A program made the translations under genes and the position numbers. Below, in pieces: positions 8,846 to 18,733 of a stretch of DNA of 34,631 nucleotides. Source of the DNA: a virus (taxonomy: Duplodnaviria > Heunggongvirae > Uroviricota > Caudoviricetes); the IMG/VR virus record IMGVR_UViG_640753023_000006; one strand, given 5' to 3'. The notes beneath the pieces are model-generated. The model worked only from the letters and a program-made list of their open reading frames with translations, had not been told where the DNA came from and ran no database searches. Numbering within the stretch: the stretch's first letter is position 1; every line of letters starts with the position of its first letter.

Positions 8846-8850
8846 GATGT

Positions 8851-9885
8851 TCAGCCGTTGTCAGTGTCCAGTGAGTAGTTTTTAAAGCGGATGACCTCCT
8901 GACCGAGCCAGCCGTTTATTTCCCGAATCCTGTCCTGTAGCGGGATAAGTTCATTGCGGACAAAGACCTTTGCCACTTTCTCAATATCACCCAGAGACCC
9001 GACGTTTTCCGGCTTGCCGCCCATCAACTGAAAGGGGATGCGGTGCGCATCCAGCAGGTCAACGGCGCTGGCTTTTTTGATATTAAAAAAATCGTCCTTC
9101 GTCGCCACTTCACTGAGCGGGATAATTTTAATGCCGTCGGCTTTCCCCTGTGGGGCATAGAGAAACAGGTTTTTAAAGTTATTGCGGCCTTTCGACTTCA
9201 CCATGTTTTCGCGAAGCATTTCGATATCGTTGCGGTCCTGCACGGCATCGGTGACGTACATGATGTATCCGGCATGCGCGCCGTTTTCGTAATACTTGCG
9301 GCGGAACAGCGTGGCCGACTCATTCAGCCAGGCAGAGTTAAGGGCGCTGAGATATTCCGGCAGGCCGTACAGCTCCTGATTAATATCCGGCTCCAGCAGG
9401 TGAAACACGGAACCGGGCGCGAAAGGTGTCGGCTCGTTGAAGGACGGCACCCACCAGTAAACATCCTCCTCCACGCCACGGCGGGTATATTTTGCCGGTG
9501 AGGTTTCCAGTCTGATGATCTTACCGGTGGTGCTGTAACGCTTTTCCAGAAACGCATTACCGAACACCAGAAAATCCAGCACAAAGCGGCTGAAATCCTG
9601 TTGCGAAAGCCACGGATGCGGGATAAATGTCGAGGCCAGAATATTGCGTTTAACGTAAATCGGTGAGCTGTGATGCACGGCAGCACGCAGGCTTTTCGCC
9701 AGACCGGTAAAGCTGACCGGCGGCTCATACCATCTGCCGTTACTGATGCACTCGACGTAATCCAGAATGTCACGGCGGTCGAGTACCGGCACCGGCTCAC
9801 CAAAGGTGAATGCCTCCATTTTCGGGGCGCTGGCGGTCATTTTTTTTGCCGCAGGTTGCGGTGTTTTCCCTTTTTTCTTGCTCAT
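8851..9885 (-). CDS. Q: portal protein (P2 gpQ)
   Basis: 344-aa product MSKKKGKTPQPAAKKMTASAPKMEAFTFGEPVPVLDRRDILDYVE... recognised as P2-type portal; start overlaps the P stop (ATGA). Confidence 0.93.
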   Translation of the reverse strand: MSKKKGKTPQPAAKKMTASAPKMEAFTFGEPVPVLDRRDILDYVECISNGRWYEPPVSFTGLAKSLRAAVHHSSPIYVKRNILASTFIPHPWLSQQDFSRFVLDFLVFGNAFLEKRYSTTGKIIRLETSPAKYTRRGVEEDVYWWVPSFNEPTPFAPGSVFHLLEPDINQELYGLPEYLSALNSAWLNESATLFRRKYYENGAHAGYIMYVTDAVQDRNDIEMLRENMVKSKGRNNFKNLFLYAPQGKADGIKIIPLSEVATKDDFFNIKKASAVDLLDAHRIPFQLMGGKPENVGSLGDIEKVAKVFVRNELIPLQDRIREINGWLGQEVIRFKNYSLDTDNG

Positions 9886-11657
9886 CAGTAAAACTCCAGA
9901 ATGGTGGATGTCAGCGGGGTGCTGATACCGGCGGTGAGTGGCTCATTTAACAGGGCGTGCATGGTCGCCCAGGCGAGGTCGGCGTGGCTGGCTTCCTCGC
10001 TGCGGCTGGCCTCATAAGTGGCGCTGCGTCCGCTGCTGGTCATGGTCTTGCGGATAGCCATAAACGAGCTGGTGATGTCGGTGGCGCTGACGTCATATTC
10101 CAGACAGCCACGGCGGATGACGTCTTTTGCCTTGAGCACCATTGCGGTTTTCATTTCCGGCGTGTAGCGGATATCGCGCGCGGCGGGATAGAACGAGCGC
10201 ACGAGCTGGAACACGCCGACACCGAGGCCGGTGGCATCAATACCGATGTATTCGACGTTGTATTTTTCGGTGAGTTTGCGGATGGATTCCGCCTGAGTGG
10301 CAAAGTCCATGCCTTTCCACTGGTGACGCTCAAGTATTCTGAATTTGCCACCGGCCACCACCGGCGGTGCCAGTACCACGCATCCGGCGCTGTCGCCACG
10401 GTGTGACGGGTCGTAACCAATCCAGACCGGGCGGGAGCCGAACGGATTGGCGGCAAACGGCGCATAGTCTTCCCATTCTTCCAGCGTGTCGACCATGCAG
10501 CGTTGCAGCTCCTCGAACGGGAACACCGACGCCTTGTCGTCAACAAATTCACACATGAACAGGTTTTTAAAATCGTCGGCGCTGTTTTCGCGTTTGAGCT
10601 GTTCAATGTCGAACAGCGTGCAGCCACCTTTCAGGGCGTCCTCAATGGTGACAATCTGCCGCCACTGGCCGTCCGCACAGAGAAGCCCACCGGCAAGGGC
10701 GTTATGACTGACGTCGATTTCCACGCGTTCGGCGGCGCTGGCGCGTCCCCGGTTGAACAGTTCACCTGACCAGAACGGGTAGGCGTCGTGCGCCAGCGTG
10801 GACGGGGTGGAGAAATAGGTCGAGCGCAGGTGACTCTGTGAGGCCATACCTGATGCCACCTTACGCAGTACCTGAAAATTCGGGATCCAGAAAATCTCGT
10901 CGACGTACAGGTCGCCGTTATGGCTCTGTGCGGTGTTGGAGTTGGTGCCGAGAAAAATCAGTTTTGCGCCGTTATTGCCCAGGACAATCGGGTCACCGGT
11001 CAGGTCAACGTCAACCAGCCGGGCAAAGGCGATGATGTATTCGCGGAACACATACGCCTGCGTTTTACTGGCCGACAGAAAAATCTGGTTATGGCCGGTT
11101 TTCAGGGCGCGCAGCAGCGCCTCGCGGGAAAAATAAAACGTCGCGCCAATCTGGCGGGATTTCAGGATATCGCGGATGCGGTGCTCAAGCCCGGCGCGAT
11201 ACCAGTGCAACTGATAGTCGAAAGACTGCTCAAAGAAAATCTGCTCCAGCTTTTCGATGGCCTCGTCACTGAAAAAATTTTTTTTCGGTTTGCGCCGCCC
11301 GCCTTTGTTGCGGTTAGCGACGTTCGGATTAAGGTCTGCCTCGTTGCCGGTCTGGCTGTAACGATTTACCCGTGCCAGTCGTTCAATCTGGCGTCCCAGC
11401 AGGTCAATTTCCTTGAAGTCACCGCCGGTTTTCTGCGGTTTGATGATGAGCTGGGTCAGCCGCGCTTCCAGGCTCATTTCGACACGGCTGATGGGGGCAA
11501 CGTTGTCCCAGCCGTCGCGCTGTTTCCAGCTCTGCACTGTCGGGCGTTTCATCTGCAACATGGCGGCAATCTGCGGCACGGAAAATCCCTGCCAGTACAG
11601 CAGCGCCGCCTGACGAAGCGGGTCGTGTAAAAGAGTGGTGTCTGTGGTGATGGTCAT
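9885..11657 (-). CDS. P: terminase large (ATPase) subunit (P2 gpP)
   Basis: Product MTITTDTTLLHDPLRQAALLYWQGFSVPQIAAMLQMKRPTVQSWKQRDGWD...; ATG at 11655-11657 with GAGG upstream. The ORF-track start at 11687 is an upstream in-frame ATG alternative. Confidence 0.9.
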   Translation of the reverse strand: MTITTDTTLLHDPLRQAALLYWQGFSVPQIAAMLQMKRPTVQSWKQRDGWDNVAPISRVEMSLEARLTQLIIKPQKTGGDFKEIDLLGRQIERLARVNRYSQTGNEADLNPNVANRNKGGRRKPKKNFFSDEAIEKLEQIFFEQSFDYQLHWYRAGLEHRIRDILKSRQIGATFYFSREALLRALKTGHNQIFLSASKTQAYVFREYIIAFARLVDVDLTGDPIVLGNNGAKLIFLGTNSNTAQSHNGDLYVDEIFWIPNFQVLRKVASGMASQSHLRSTYFSTPSTLAHDAYPFWSGELFNRGRASAAERVEIDVSHNALAGGLLCADGQWRQIVTIEDALKGGCTLFDIEQLKRENSADDFKNLFMCEFVDDKASVFPFEELQRCMVDTLEEWEDYAPFAANPFGSRPVWIGYDPSHRGDSAGCVVLAPPVVAGGKFRILERHQWKGMDFATQAESIRKLTEKYNVEYIGIDATGLGVGVFQLVRSFYPAARDIRYTPEMKTAMVLKAKDVIRRGCLEYDVSATDITSSFMAIRKTMTSSGRSATYEASRSEEASHADLAWATMHALLNEPLTAGISTPLTSTILEFY

Positions 11658-11830
11658 GAATACCTCGCCGTGATGAATACACGGCAAGGCTACTGAGTCG
11701 CGCCCTGCGATTCGCTAAGGTGCTGTTGTGTCAGTGATAAGCCATCCGGGACTGATGGCGGAGGATGCGCATCGTCGGGAAACTGATGCCGACATGTGAC
11801 TCCTCTAATCACTATTCAGGACTCCTGACA

Positions 11831-12685
11831 ATGGCAAAAAAAGTCTCAAAATTCTTTCGTATCGGCGTTGAGGGTGACACCTGTGACGGGCGTGTCATCA
11901 GTGCGCAGGATATTCAGGAAATGGCTGAAACCTTTGACCCGCGTGTCTACGGTTGCCGCATTAACCTGGAACATCTGCGCGGCATCCTGCCTGATGGTAT
12001 TTTTAAACGTTATGGCGATGTGGCCGAACTTAAGGCCGAAAAGATTGACGATGATTCGGCGCTGAAAGGCAAATGGGCGCTGTTTGCGAAAATCACCCCG
12101 ACCGATGACCTTATCGCGATGAACAAGGCCGCGCAGAAGGTCTACACCTCAATGGAAATTCAGCCGAACTTTGCCAACACCGGCAAATGTTATCTGGTGG
12201 GTCTGGCCGTCACCGATGACCCGGCAAGCCTCGGCACGGAATACCTGGAATTCTGCCGCACGGCAAAACACAACCCCCTGAACCGCTTCAAATTAAGCCC
12301 TGAAAACCTGATTTCAGTGGCAACGCCCGTTGAGCTGGAATTTGAAGACCTGCCTGAAACCGTGTTCACCGCCCTGACCGAAAAGGTGAAATCCATTTTT
12401 GGCCGCAAACAGGCCAGCGATGATGCCCGTCTGAATGATGTGCATGAAGCGGTGACCGCTGTTGCTGAACATGTGCAGGAAAAACTGAGCGCCACTGAGC
12501 AGCGCCTCGCTGAGATGGAAACCGCCTTTTCCGCACTTAAGCAGGATGTGACTGACAGGGCGGATGAAACCAGCCAGGCATTCACCCGCCTGAAAAACAG
12601 TCTCGACAGCACCGAAAGTCTGACCCAGCAGCGCCGCAGTAAAGCCACCGGCGGTGGCGGTGATGCCCTGCTGACGAACTGCTGA
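11831..12685 (+). CDS. O: capsid scaffolding protein (P2 gpO)
   Basis: ATG at 11831; MAKKVSKFFRIGVEGDTCDGRVISAQDIQEMAETFDP... matches P2 gpO; divergent from P as in P2. Confidence 0.9.
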   Translation: MAKKVSKFFRIGVEGDTCDGRVISAQDIQEMAETFDPRVYGCRINLEHLRGILPDGIFKRYGDVAELKAEKIDDDSALKGKWALFAKITPTDDLIAMNKAAQKVYTSMEIQPNFANTGKCYLVGLAVTDDPASLGTEYLEFCRTAKHNPLNRFKLSPENLISVATPVELEFEDLPETVFTALTEKVKSIFGRKQASDDARLNDVHEAVTAVAEHVQEKLSATEQRLAEMETAFSALKQDVTDRADETSQAFTRLKNSLDSTESLTQQRRSKATGGGGDALLTNC

Positions 12686-12743
12686 CCGGCGTCAGTCAGT
12701 CCGGGAAAACCTTCACGATTAACCCTTAATTTCAGGAAAAACT

Positions 12744-13817
12744 ATGCGCCAGGAAACCCGCTTTAAATTTAATGCTTACCTGTCCCGTGTTGCCGAACTG
12801 AACGGCATCGACGCCGGTGATGTGTCGAAAAAATTCACCGTTGAACCGTCGGTCACCCAGACCCTGATGAACACCATGCAGGAGTCCTCTGACTTTCTGA
12901 CCCGCATCAACATTGTGCCGGTCAGCGAAATGAAAGGGGAAAAAATTGGTATTGGTGTCACCGGCTCCATCGCCAGCACCACCGACACCGCCGGTGGCAC
13001 CGAGCGTCAGCCGAAGGACTTCTCGAAGCTGGCGTCAAACAAGTACGAATGCGACCAGATTAACTTCGATTTTTATATCCGCTACAAAACGCTTGACCTG
13101 TGGGCGCGTTATCAGGATTTCCAGCTCCGTGTCCGTAACGCCATTATCAAACGCCAGTCCCTTGATTTCATCATGGCCGGTTTTAACGGCGTGAAGCGTG
13201 CCGAAACCTCTGACCGCAGCAGCAATCCGATGCTGCAGGATGTGGCGGTCGGCTGGCTGCAGAAATACCGCAATGAAGCCCCGGCGCGCGTGATGAGCAA
13301 GGTCACTGACGAGGAGGGTCACACGACCTCTGAGGTTATCCGCGTGGGTAAGGGCGGTGATTATGCCAGCCTTGATGCACTGGTGATGGATGCGACCAAC
13401 AACCTGATTGAGCCGTGGTATCAGGAAGACCCTGACCTTGTGGTGATTGTGGGGCGTCAGCTACTGGCGGACAAGTATTTCCCCATCGTTAACAAGGAGC
13501 AGGACAACAGCGAGATGCTGGCCGCTGACGTCATCATCAGCCAGAAACGCATCGGCAACCTGCCGGCGGTACGCGTCCCGTACTTCCCGGCGGATGCGAT
13601 GCTCATCACGAAGCTGGAAAACCTGTCCATCTACTACATGGATGACAGCCATCGCCGCGTGATTGAGGAAAACCCGAAACTCGACCGCGTGGAGAACTAC
13701 GAGTCAATGAATATTGATTACGTGGTGGAAGACTACGCCGCCGGTTGCCTGGTGGAAAAAATTAAGGTCGGTGATTTCTCCACACCGGCTAAGGCGACCG
13801 CAGAGCCGGGAGCGTAA
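12744..13817 (+). CDS. N: major capsid protein (P2 gpN)
   Basis: 357-aa product MRQETRFKFNAYLSRVAELNGIDAGDVSKKFTVEPSVTQTLMN... recognised as P2-type major capsid protein. Confidence 0.93.
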   Translation: MRQETRFKFNAYLSRVAELNGIDAGDVSKKFTVEPSVTQTLMNTMQESSDFLTRINIVPVSEMKGEKIGIGVTGSIASTTDTAGGTERQPKDFSKLASNKYECDQINFDFYIRYKTLDLWARYQDFQLRVRNAIIKRQSLDFIMAGFNGVKRAETSDRSSNPMLQDVAVGWLQKYRNEAPARVMSKVTDEEGHTTSEVIRVGKGGDYASLDALVMDATNNLIEPWYQEDPDLVVIVGRQLLADKYFPIVNKEQDNSEMLAADVIISQKRIGNLPAVRVPYFPADAMLITKLENLSIYYMDDSHRRVIEENPKLDRVENYESMNIDYVVEDYAAGCLVEKIKVGDFSTPAKATAEPGA

Positions 13818-13820
13818 CCG

Positions 13821-14564
13821 ATGACGAGTCCCGCACAGCGCCACATGATGCGGGTCTCGGCAGCGATGACCGCGCAGCGGGAAGCCGCCCCGCTGCGACA
13901 TGCAACTGTCTATGAGCAGATGCTGGTTAAGCTCGCCGCAGACCAGCGCACACTGAAAGCGATTTATTCAAAAGAGCTGAAGGCCGCGAAAAAACGCGAA
14001 CTGCTGCCGTTCTGGTTGCCGTGGGTGAACGGCGTGCTGGAGCAGGGCAAAGGCGCACAGGATGACATTCTGATGACGGTCATGCTGTGGCGTCTGGATA
14101 CCGGCGATATTGCCGGTGCGCTGGAGATTGCCCGTTATGCCCTGAAGTACGGTCTGACCATGCCGGGTAAACACCGCCGTACCCCGCCGTACATGTTCAC
14201 CGAGGAGGTCGCACTCGCGGCCATGCGTGCCCACGCTGCCGGTGAATCCGTGGATACCCGCCTGCTGACGGACACCCTCGAACTGACCGCCACGGCTGAC
14301 ATGCCTGATGAAGTGCGCGCAAAGCTGCACAAAATCACCGGTCTGTTTCTGCGTGACGCTGGTGATGCCGCAGGGGCGCTGGCTCACCTGCAACGCGCGA
14401 CACAGCTCGACTGTCAGGCAGGCGTCAAAAAAGAGATTGAACGACTGGAACGGGAGCTGAAACCGAAGCCGGAGCCGCAGCCAAAAGCGGCCACCCGCGC
14501 CCCGCGTAAGACCCGGAGTGCGACACCGGCAAAACGTGGACGCCCGAAAAAGAAAGCCAGTTAA
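13821..14564 (+). CDS. M: terminase small / endonuclease subunit (P2 gpM)
   Basis: 247 aa, MTSPAQRHMMRVSAAMTAQREAAPLRHATVYEQMLVKLAADQRTLKAI... with a basic K/R/P-rich C-terminal tail; follows N. Confidence 0.9.
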   Translation: MTSPAQRHMMRVSAAMTAQREAAPLRHATVYEQMLVKLAADQRTLKAIYSKELKAAKKRELLPFWLPWVNGVLEQGKGAQDDILMTVMLWRLDTGDIAGALEIARYALKYGLTMPGKHRRTPPYMFTEEVALAAMRAHAAGESVDTRLLTDTLELTATADMPDEVRAKLHKITGLFLRDAGDAAGALAHLQRATQLDCQAGVKKEIERLERELKPKPEPQPKAATRAPRKTRSATPAKRGRPKKKAS

Positions 14565-14663
14565 CAACCGAATGCGCCCCGCGCCAGGGCGGCACGCCGG
14601 TCAGTGAGGGTGAATCATCTGACACTGCACCGGCGTCCACCGCCCGACTTTTCAGAGGTAGTC

Positions 14664-15173
14664 ATGATGACGCTGATTATTCCGCGAAAGGAGGCTCCCG
14701 TGTCCGGTGAGGGTACGGTGGTCATCCCGCAACCGGCAGGCGACGAGCCGGTGATTAAAAACACGTTCTTTTTTCCCGATATCGACCCGAAGCGCGTCCG
14801 GGAACGTATGCGCCTTGAGCAGACTGTCGCCCCCGCCCGTCTGCGTGAGGCCATCAAGTCAGGCATGGCGGAAACAAATGCGGAGCTGTACGAGTACCGC
14901 GAACAGAAAATTGCCGCCGGTTTTACGCGTCTGGCGGACGTCCCGGCGGACGACATCGACGGTGAAAGTATCAAAGTTTTTTACTACGAGCGCGCCGTGT
15001 GTGCGATGGCGACCGCGTCGCTTTATGAGCGTTATCGCGGCGTGGATGCCAGTGCGAAAGGCGACAAGAAGGCTGACAGCATTGACAGCACCATTGATGA
15101 GCTGTGGCGGGATATGCGCTGGGCGGTGGCGCGTATCCAGGACAAGCCGCGCTGCATCGTGAGTCAAATCTGA
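14664..15173 (+). CDS. L: head completion/stabilisation protein (P2 gpL)
   Basis: ATG 14664 with GAGG 5 nt upstream; MMTLIIPRKEAPVSGEGTVVIPQP...; the ORF-track 5' extension from 14604 lacks an RBS. Confidence 0.88.
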   Translation: MMTLIIPRKEAPVSGEGTVVIPQPAGDEPVIKNTFFFPDIDPKRVRERMRLEQTVAPARLREAIKSGMAETNAELYEYREQKIAAGFTRLADVPADDIDGESIKVFYYERAVCAMATASLYERYRGVDASAKGDKKADSIDSTIDELWRDMRWAVARIQDKPRCIVSQI

Positions 15174-15376
15174 TGAAGACCTTTGCGCTACAGGGCGACA
15201 CGCTCGACGCCATTTGTGTCCGGTATTACGGGCGCACTGAGGGCGTGCTTGAGACCGTGCTCGCCGCAAATCCGGGACTGGCTGAACTGGGTGCGGTGCT
15301 GCCACACGGCACCGCCGTCGAATTGCCCGACGTTCAGACCGCGCCCGTGGCTGAAACTGTCAATCTGTGGGAGTAA
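15173..15376 (+). CDS. X: tail protein X (P2 gpX, LysM-like)
   Basis: ATG 15173 overlaps the L stop (TGATG); 67-aa product MKTFALQGDTLDAICVRYYGRTEGVLETVLAANPGLAELGAVLPHGTAVELPD. Confidence 0.85.
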   Translation: MKTFALQGDTLDAICVRYYGRTEGVLETVLAANPGLAELGAVLPHGTAVELPDVQTAPVAETVNLWE

Positions 15377-15379
15377 CGC

Positions 15380-15661
15380 ATGACAGCAGAAGAAAAAAGC
15401 GTCCTGTCGCTTTTCATGATTGGGGGGCTGATTGTTGTCGGCAAGGTGCTTGCCGGTGGTGAACCCATCACCCCGCGTCTGTTTATCGGGCGCATGTTGC
15501 TCGGTGGTTTTGTCTCGATGGTTGCCGGTGTTGTTCTGGTGCAGTTTCCTGACCTGTCACTGCCTGCGGTGTGCGGTATCGGCTCCATGCTGGGTATCGC
15601 CGGTTATCAGGTGATTGAGATTGCCATTCAGCGCCGCTTTAAGGGCAGGGGGAAACCGTAA
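15380..15661 (+). CDS. Y: holin (P2 gpY)
   Basis: 93-aa product with hydrophobic helices (LFMIGGLIVVGKVLAGG, VSMVAGVVLVQF, GIGSMLGIAGY) and a basic C-terminus; first gene of the lysis cassette. Confidence 0.85.
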   Translation: MTAEEKSVLSLFMIGGLIVVGKVLAGGEPITPRLFIGRMLLGGFVSMVAGVVLVQFPDLSLPAVCGIGSMLGIAGYQVIEIAIQRRFKGRGKP

Positions 15662-16158
15662 TGCCGGTTATTAACACGCATCAGAATATCGCCGCCTTTC
15701 TCGACATGCTGGCCGTGTCCGAAGGGACGGCAAACCATCCGCTGACGAAAAACCGGGGCTATGACGTGATAGTCACCGGACTGGACGGGAAGCCGGAAAT
15801 TTTCACCGACTACAGTGACCACCCGTTCGCACATGGCCGACCGGCGAAGGTGTTTAACCGTCGCGGTGAAAAATCCACGGCCTCCGGTCGCTATCAGCAG
15901 CTTTACCTGTTCTGGCCGCATTACCGCAAACAGCTTGCCCTGCCGGATTTCAGTCCGTTGTCACAGGACAGACTTGCCATTCAGTTGATCCGCGAACGCG
16001 GTGCACTGGATGACATCCGGGCGGGACGCATTGAGCGCGCCATTTCACGCTGTCGCAATATCTGGGCGTCCCTGCCGGGTGCCGGTTACGGTCAGCGTGA
16101 GCATTCACTGGAAAAACTGGTCACCGTCTGGCGTACCGCTGGCGGCGTACCGGCTTAA
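15661..16158 (+). CDS. K: endolysin / lysozyme (P2 gpK)
   Basis: 165-aa product MPVINTHQNIAAFLDMLAVSEGTANHPLTKNRGYDVIV... (lysozyme-like EGT motif); start overlaps the Y stop. Confidence 0.9.
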   Translation: MPVINTHQNIAAFLDMLAVSEGTANHPLTKNRGYDVIVTGLDGKPEIFTDYSDHPFAHGRPAKVFNRRGEKSTASGRYQQLYLFWPHYRKQLALPDFSPLSQDRLAIQLIRERGALDDIRAGRIERAISRCRNIWASLPGAGYGQREHSLEKLVTVWRTAGGVPA

Positions 16159-16172
16159 ACGGAGTAAACACC

Positions 16173-16598
16173 ATGAAGAAATTATCCCTTTCACTGATGC
16201 TGAACGTGTCGCTGGCGCTGATGCTGGCACTGTCCCTGATTTACCCGCAGAGCGTGGCCGTCAGTTTTGTCGCCGCCTGGGCGATTCTGGCGACGGTTAT
16301 CTGTGTGGTTGCCGGTGGTGTCGGCGTGTATGCCACTGAGTATGTGCTGGAACGCTACGGGCGGGAGCTGCCGCCGGAATCGCTGGCCGTGAAGATTGTC
16401 GCGTCGCTGTTTTTGCAGCCGGTGCCGTGGCGCAGACGGGCGGCGGCTCTGGTGGTGATGGTGGCGACGTTTATCTCGCTGGTCGCTGCCGGGTGGATTT
16501 TTACCGCGCTGATTTACCTCGTGGCGTCGGTGTTCTTCCGGTTGATACGCACGGCCTGTCGTCAGCGTTTTGAGGGGCGGAAACCATGTCAAAGCTGA
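16173..16598 (+). CDS. lysA: lysis timing membrane protein LysA
   Basis: 141 aa with multiple transmembrane helices (LSLMLNVSLALMLALSLIY, AILATVICVVAGGVGVY, LVVMVATFISLVAAGWIF); position as P2 LysA. Confidence 0.8.
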   Translation: MKKLSLSLMLNVSLALMLALSLIYPQSVAVSFVAAWAILATVICVVAGGVGVYATEYVLERYGRELPPESLAVKIVASLFLQPVPWRRRAAALVVMVATFISLVAAGWIFTALIYLVASVFFRLIRTACRQRFEGRKPCQS

Positions 16599-17011
16599 TG
16601 ATTGTGCTGGTTGTGTTGTTATCACTGGCGGTGGCCGGTCTGTTTCTGGCGAAGCATGAAAACGCCAGCCTGCGCACCTCGCTGGACAGGGCGAACAACG
16701 TCGCCAACGGGCAGCAGACGACCATCACCATGCTGAAAAATCAGCTTCATGTTGCCCTCGCCAGAGCAGACAAAAACGAGCTGGCGCAGGTGGCACTGCG
16801 TCAGGAACTGGAGAACGCGGCGAAGCGTGAAGCACAGCGCGAGAAAACCATCACGAGGTTACTGAATGAAAACGAAGATTTTCGCCGCTGGTACGGCGCT
16901 GGCCTGCCTGATGCTGTGCGCCGGTTGCATCAGCGCCCGGCCTGCACCGACGCCAGTGATTGTCGCCAACGCCTGCCCGAAAGTGAGTCTTTGCCCGATG
17001 CCGGGCAGTGA
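16586..17011 (+). CDS. lysB: i-spanin (LysB, Rz-like)
   Basis: N-terminal TM segment (LMIVLVVLLSLAVAGLFLA) followed by a coiled-coil periplasmic domain; overlaps the LysA end. Confidence 0.85.
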   Translation: MSKLMIVLVVLLSLAVAGLFLAKHENASLRTSLDRANNVANGQQTTITMLKNQLHVALARADKNELAQVALRQELENAAKREAQREKTITRLLNENEDFRRWYGAGLPDAVRRLHQRPACTDASDCRQRLPESESLPDAGQ

Positions 17012-17156
17012 CCCGGAGACGAACGGTGATTTAAGTGCCGATATCCGGCAGCTTGAGAACGCGCTGGCACACTGTGCCAGCCAGATAAAAATGATTAAAC
17101 ACTGTCAGGACGAAAACGATGCTCAAACCCGACAGCCTGCGCAGGGCGCTGACTGA
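16866..17156 (+). CDS. lysC: o-spanin lipoprotein (LysC, Rz1-like), embedded/overlapping in an alternate frame
   Basis: Starts inside lysB in another frame; lipoprotein signal with lipobox (MKTKIFAAGTALACLMLCAGC), Pro/Cys-rich mature part. Confidence 0.8.
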   Translation: MKTKIFAAGTALACLMLCAGCISARPAPTPVIVANACPKVSLCPMPGSDPETNGDLSADIRQLENALAHCASQIKMIKHCQDENDAQTRQPAQGAD

Positions 17157-17586
17157 TGCCGTCACGGTGCTGAAAACCAGTCCCGAGATGTTGCGGATAT
17201 TCGTGGATAACGGAAGTATTGCCTCCACACTGGCGACGTCGCTGTCATTTGAAAAGCGTTACACGCTCAATGTCATTGTGACCGACTTTACCGGTGATTT
17301 TGACCTGCTCATCGTGCCGGTGCTGGCGTGGCTGCGGGAAAATCAGCCCGACATCATGACCACCGACGAAGGCCAGAAAAAGGGCTTCACGTTTTATGCG
17401 GACATCAACAATGACAGCAGCTTTGATATCAGCATCAGCCTGATGCTGACCGAGCGCACGCTGGTCAGTGAGGTTGACGGCGCGCTGCATGTGAAGAATA
17501 TCCCGGAACCCCCGCTGCCGGAGCCGGTCACCCGCCCGATGGAGCTTTATATCAATGGTGAACTGGTGAGTAAGTGGGATGAATGA
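17119..17586 (+). CDS. R: tail completion protein (P2 gpR)
   Basis: 155-aa product MLKPDSLRRALTDAVTVLKTSPEMLRIFVDNGSIASTLATS...; synteny after the lysis cassette. Confidence 0.88.
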   Translation: MLKPDSLRRALTDAVTVLKTSPEMLRIFVDNGSIASTLATSLSFEKRYTLNVIVTDFTGDFDLLIVPVLAWLRENQPDIMTTDEGQKKGFTFYADINNDSSFDISISLMLTERTLVSEVDGALHVKNIPEPPLPEPVTRPMELYINGELVSKWDE

Positions 17587-18031
17587 GTTTAAGCGTTTTG
17601 AAGACCGGCTGACCGGACTGATTGAGTCGCTGTCACCGTCAGGGCGTCGGCGACTGAGCGCCGAACTGGCGAAACGTCTGCGTCAGAGTCAGCAGCGCCG
17701 GGTGATGGCACAGAAAGCCCCGGACGGCACACCCTACGCGCCACGCCAGCAGCAGAGCGCCAGAAAAAAGACCGGTCGTGTTAAGCGAAAAATGTTTGCG
17801 AAACTTATCACCAGCCGTTTTTTGCATATCCGCGCCAGCCCGGAACAGGCATCAATGGAATTTTACGGCGGGAAGTCACCGAAAATCGCCAGCGTGCATC
17901 AGTTCGGTCTGTCGGAAGAAAACCGGAAAGACGGTAAGAAAATTGATTATCCGGCGCGTCCTCTGCTCGGCTTTACCGGTGAGGATGTGCAGATGATTGA
18001 AGAGATTATCCTGGCTCACCTCGACCGTTAG
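17579..18031 (+). CDS. S: tail completion protein (P2 gpS)
   Basis: 150-aa product MNEFKRFEDRLTGLIESLSPSGRRRLSAELAKRLRQSQQRRV...; overlaps the R end. Confidence 0.88.
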   Translation: MNEFKRFEDRLTGLIESLSPSGRRRLSAELAKRLRQSQQRRVMAQKAPDGTPYAPRQQQSARKKTGRVKRKMFAKLITSRFLHIRASPEQASMEFYGGKSPKIASVHQFGLSEENRKDGKKIDYPARPLLGFTGEDVQMIEEIILAHLDR

Positions 18032-18097
18032 TTGTGCCATTCCCGACACCTCATCGGCACATTGCCGCCGGTATGACCCGGCGGCATCCTTCCCGTT

Positions 18098-18733
18098 ATG
18101 AACACTCTCGCAAATATTCAGGAACTCGCGCGCGCACTGCGCAACATGATCCGCACCGGCATTATCGTCGAAACCGACCTTAACGCCGGTCGCTGCCGTG
18201 TCCAGACCGGCGGCATGTGCACCGACTGGCTTCAGTGGCTGACCCATCGCGCCGGGCGTTCGCGCACATGGTGGGCACCTTCCGTGGGGGAACAGGTGCT
18301 GATTCTGGCCGTGGGCGGTGAACTTGACACGGCGTTTGTTCTGCCGGGGATTTATTCCGGCGATAACCCCGCGCCGTCTGCGTCGGCGGATGCCCTGCAT
18401 ATCCGTTTCCCTGACGGGGCGGTGATTGAGTATGAACCCGAAACCAGTGCACTCACGGTAAGCGGAATTAAAACGGCCAGCGTGACGGCTTCTGATTCTG
18501 TTACTGCCACGGTACCGGTGGTCACGGTGAAAGCGTCAACCCGTGTCACCCTGGACACACCGGAAGTAGTCTGCACTAACAAACTGACTACCGGCACGCT
18601 GGAAGTGCAGAAGGGCGGGACGATGCGCGGCAACATTGAACACACCGGCGGTGAACTCTCATCAAACGGTAAGGTACTGCATACCCACAAACACCCCGGC
18701 GACAGCGGCGGAACAACCGGGAGTCCTTTATGA
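18098..18733 (+). CDS. V: baseplate spike / assembly protein (P2 gpV)
   Basis: 211-aa product MNTLANIQELARALRNMIRTGIIVETDLNAGRCRVQTGGMCTDWLQW... with a C-terminal needle-like region. Confidence 0.9.
   Translation: MNTLANIQELARALRNMIRTGIIVETDLNAGRCRVQTGGMCTDWLQWLTHRAGRSRTWWAPSVGEQVLILAVGGELDTAFVLPGIYSGDNPAPSASADALHIRFPDGAVIEYEPETSALTVSGIKTASVTASDSVTATVPVVTVKASTRVTLDTPEVVCTNKLTTGTLEVQKGGTMRGNIEHTGGELSSNGKVLHTHKHPGDSGGTTGSPL

Noticed and set aside
9043-11682. Many long ORFs antisense to the terminase and portal genes (e.g. 9043-9501, 9324-9803, 10151-10627, 10920-11630)
   Set aside because: They lie entirely within well-supported P2 Q/P coding sequence on the opposite strand, have no RBS or recognisable motif, and are the usual stop-codon-poor artefacts of GC-rich DNA.
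12190-15921. Antisense and alternate-frame ORFs across the O, N, M, L and X genes (e.g. 12190-12648, 13968-14567, 14859-15305, 15628-15921)
   Set aside because: Overlapped completely by recognisable capsid/terminase genes; Arg/Ser/Cys-rich low-complexity translations typical of spurious GC-rich ORFs.
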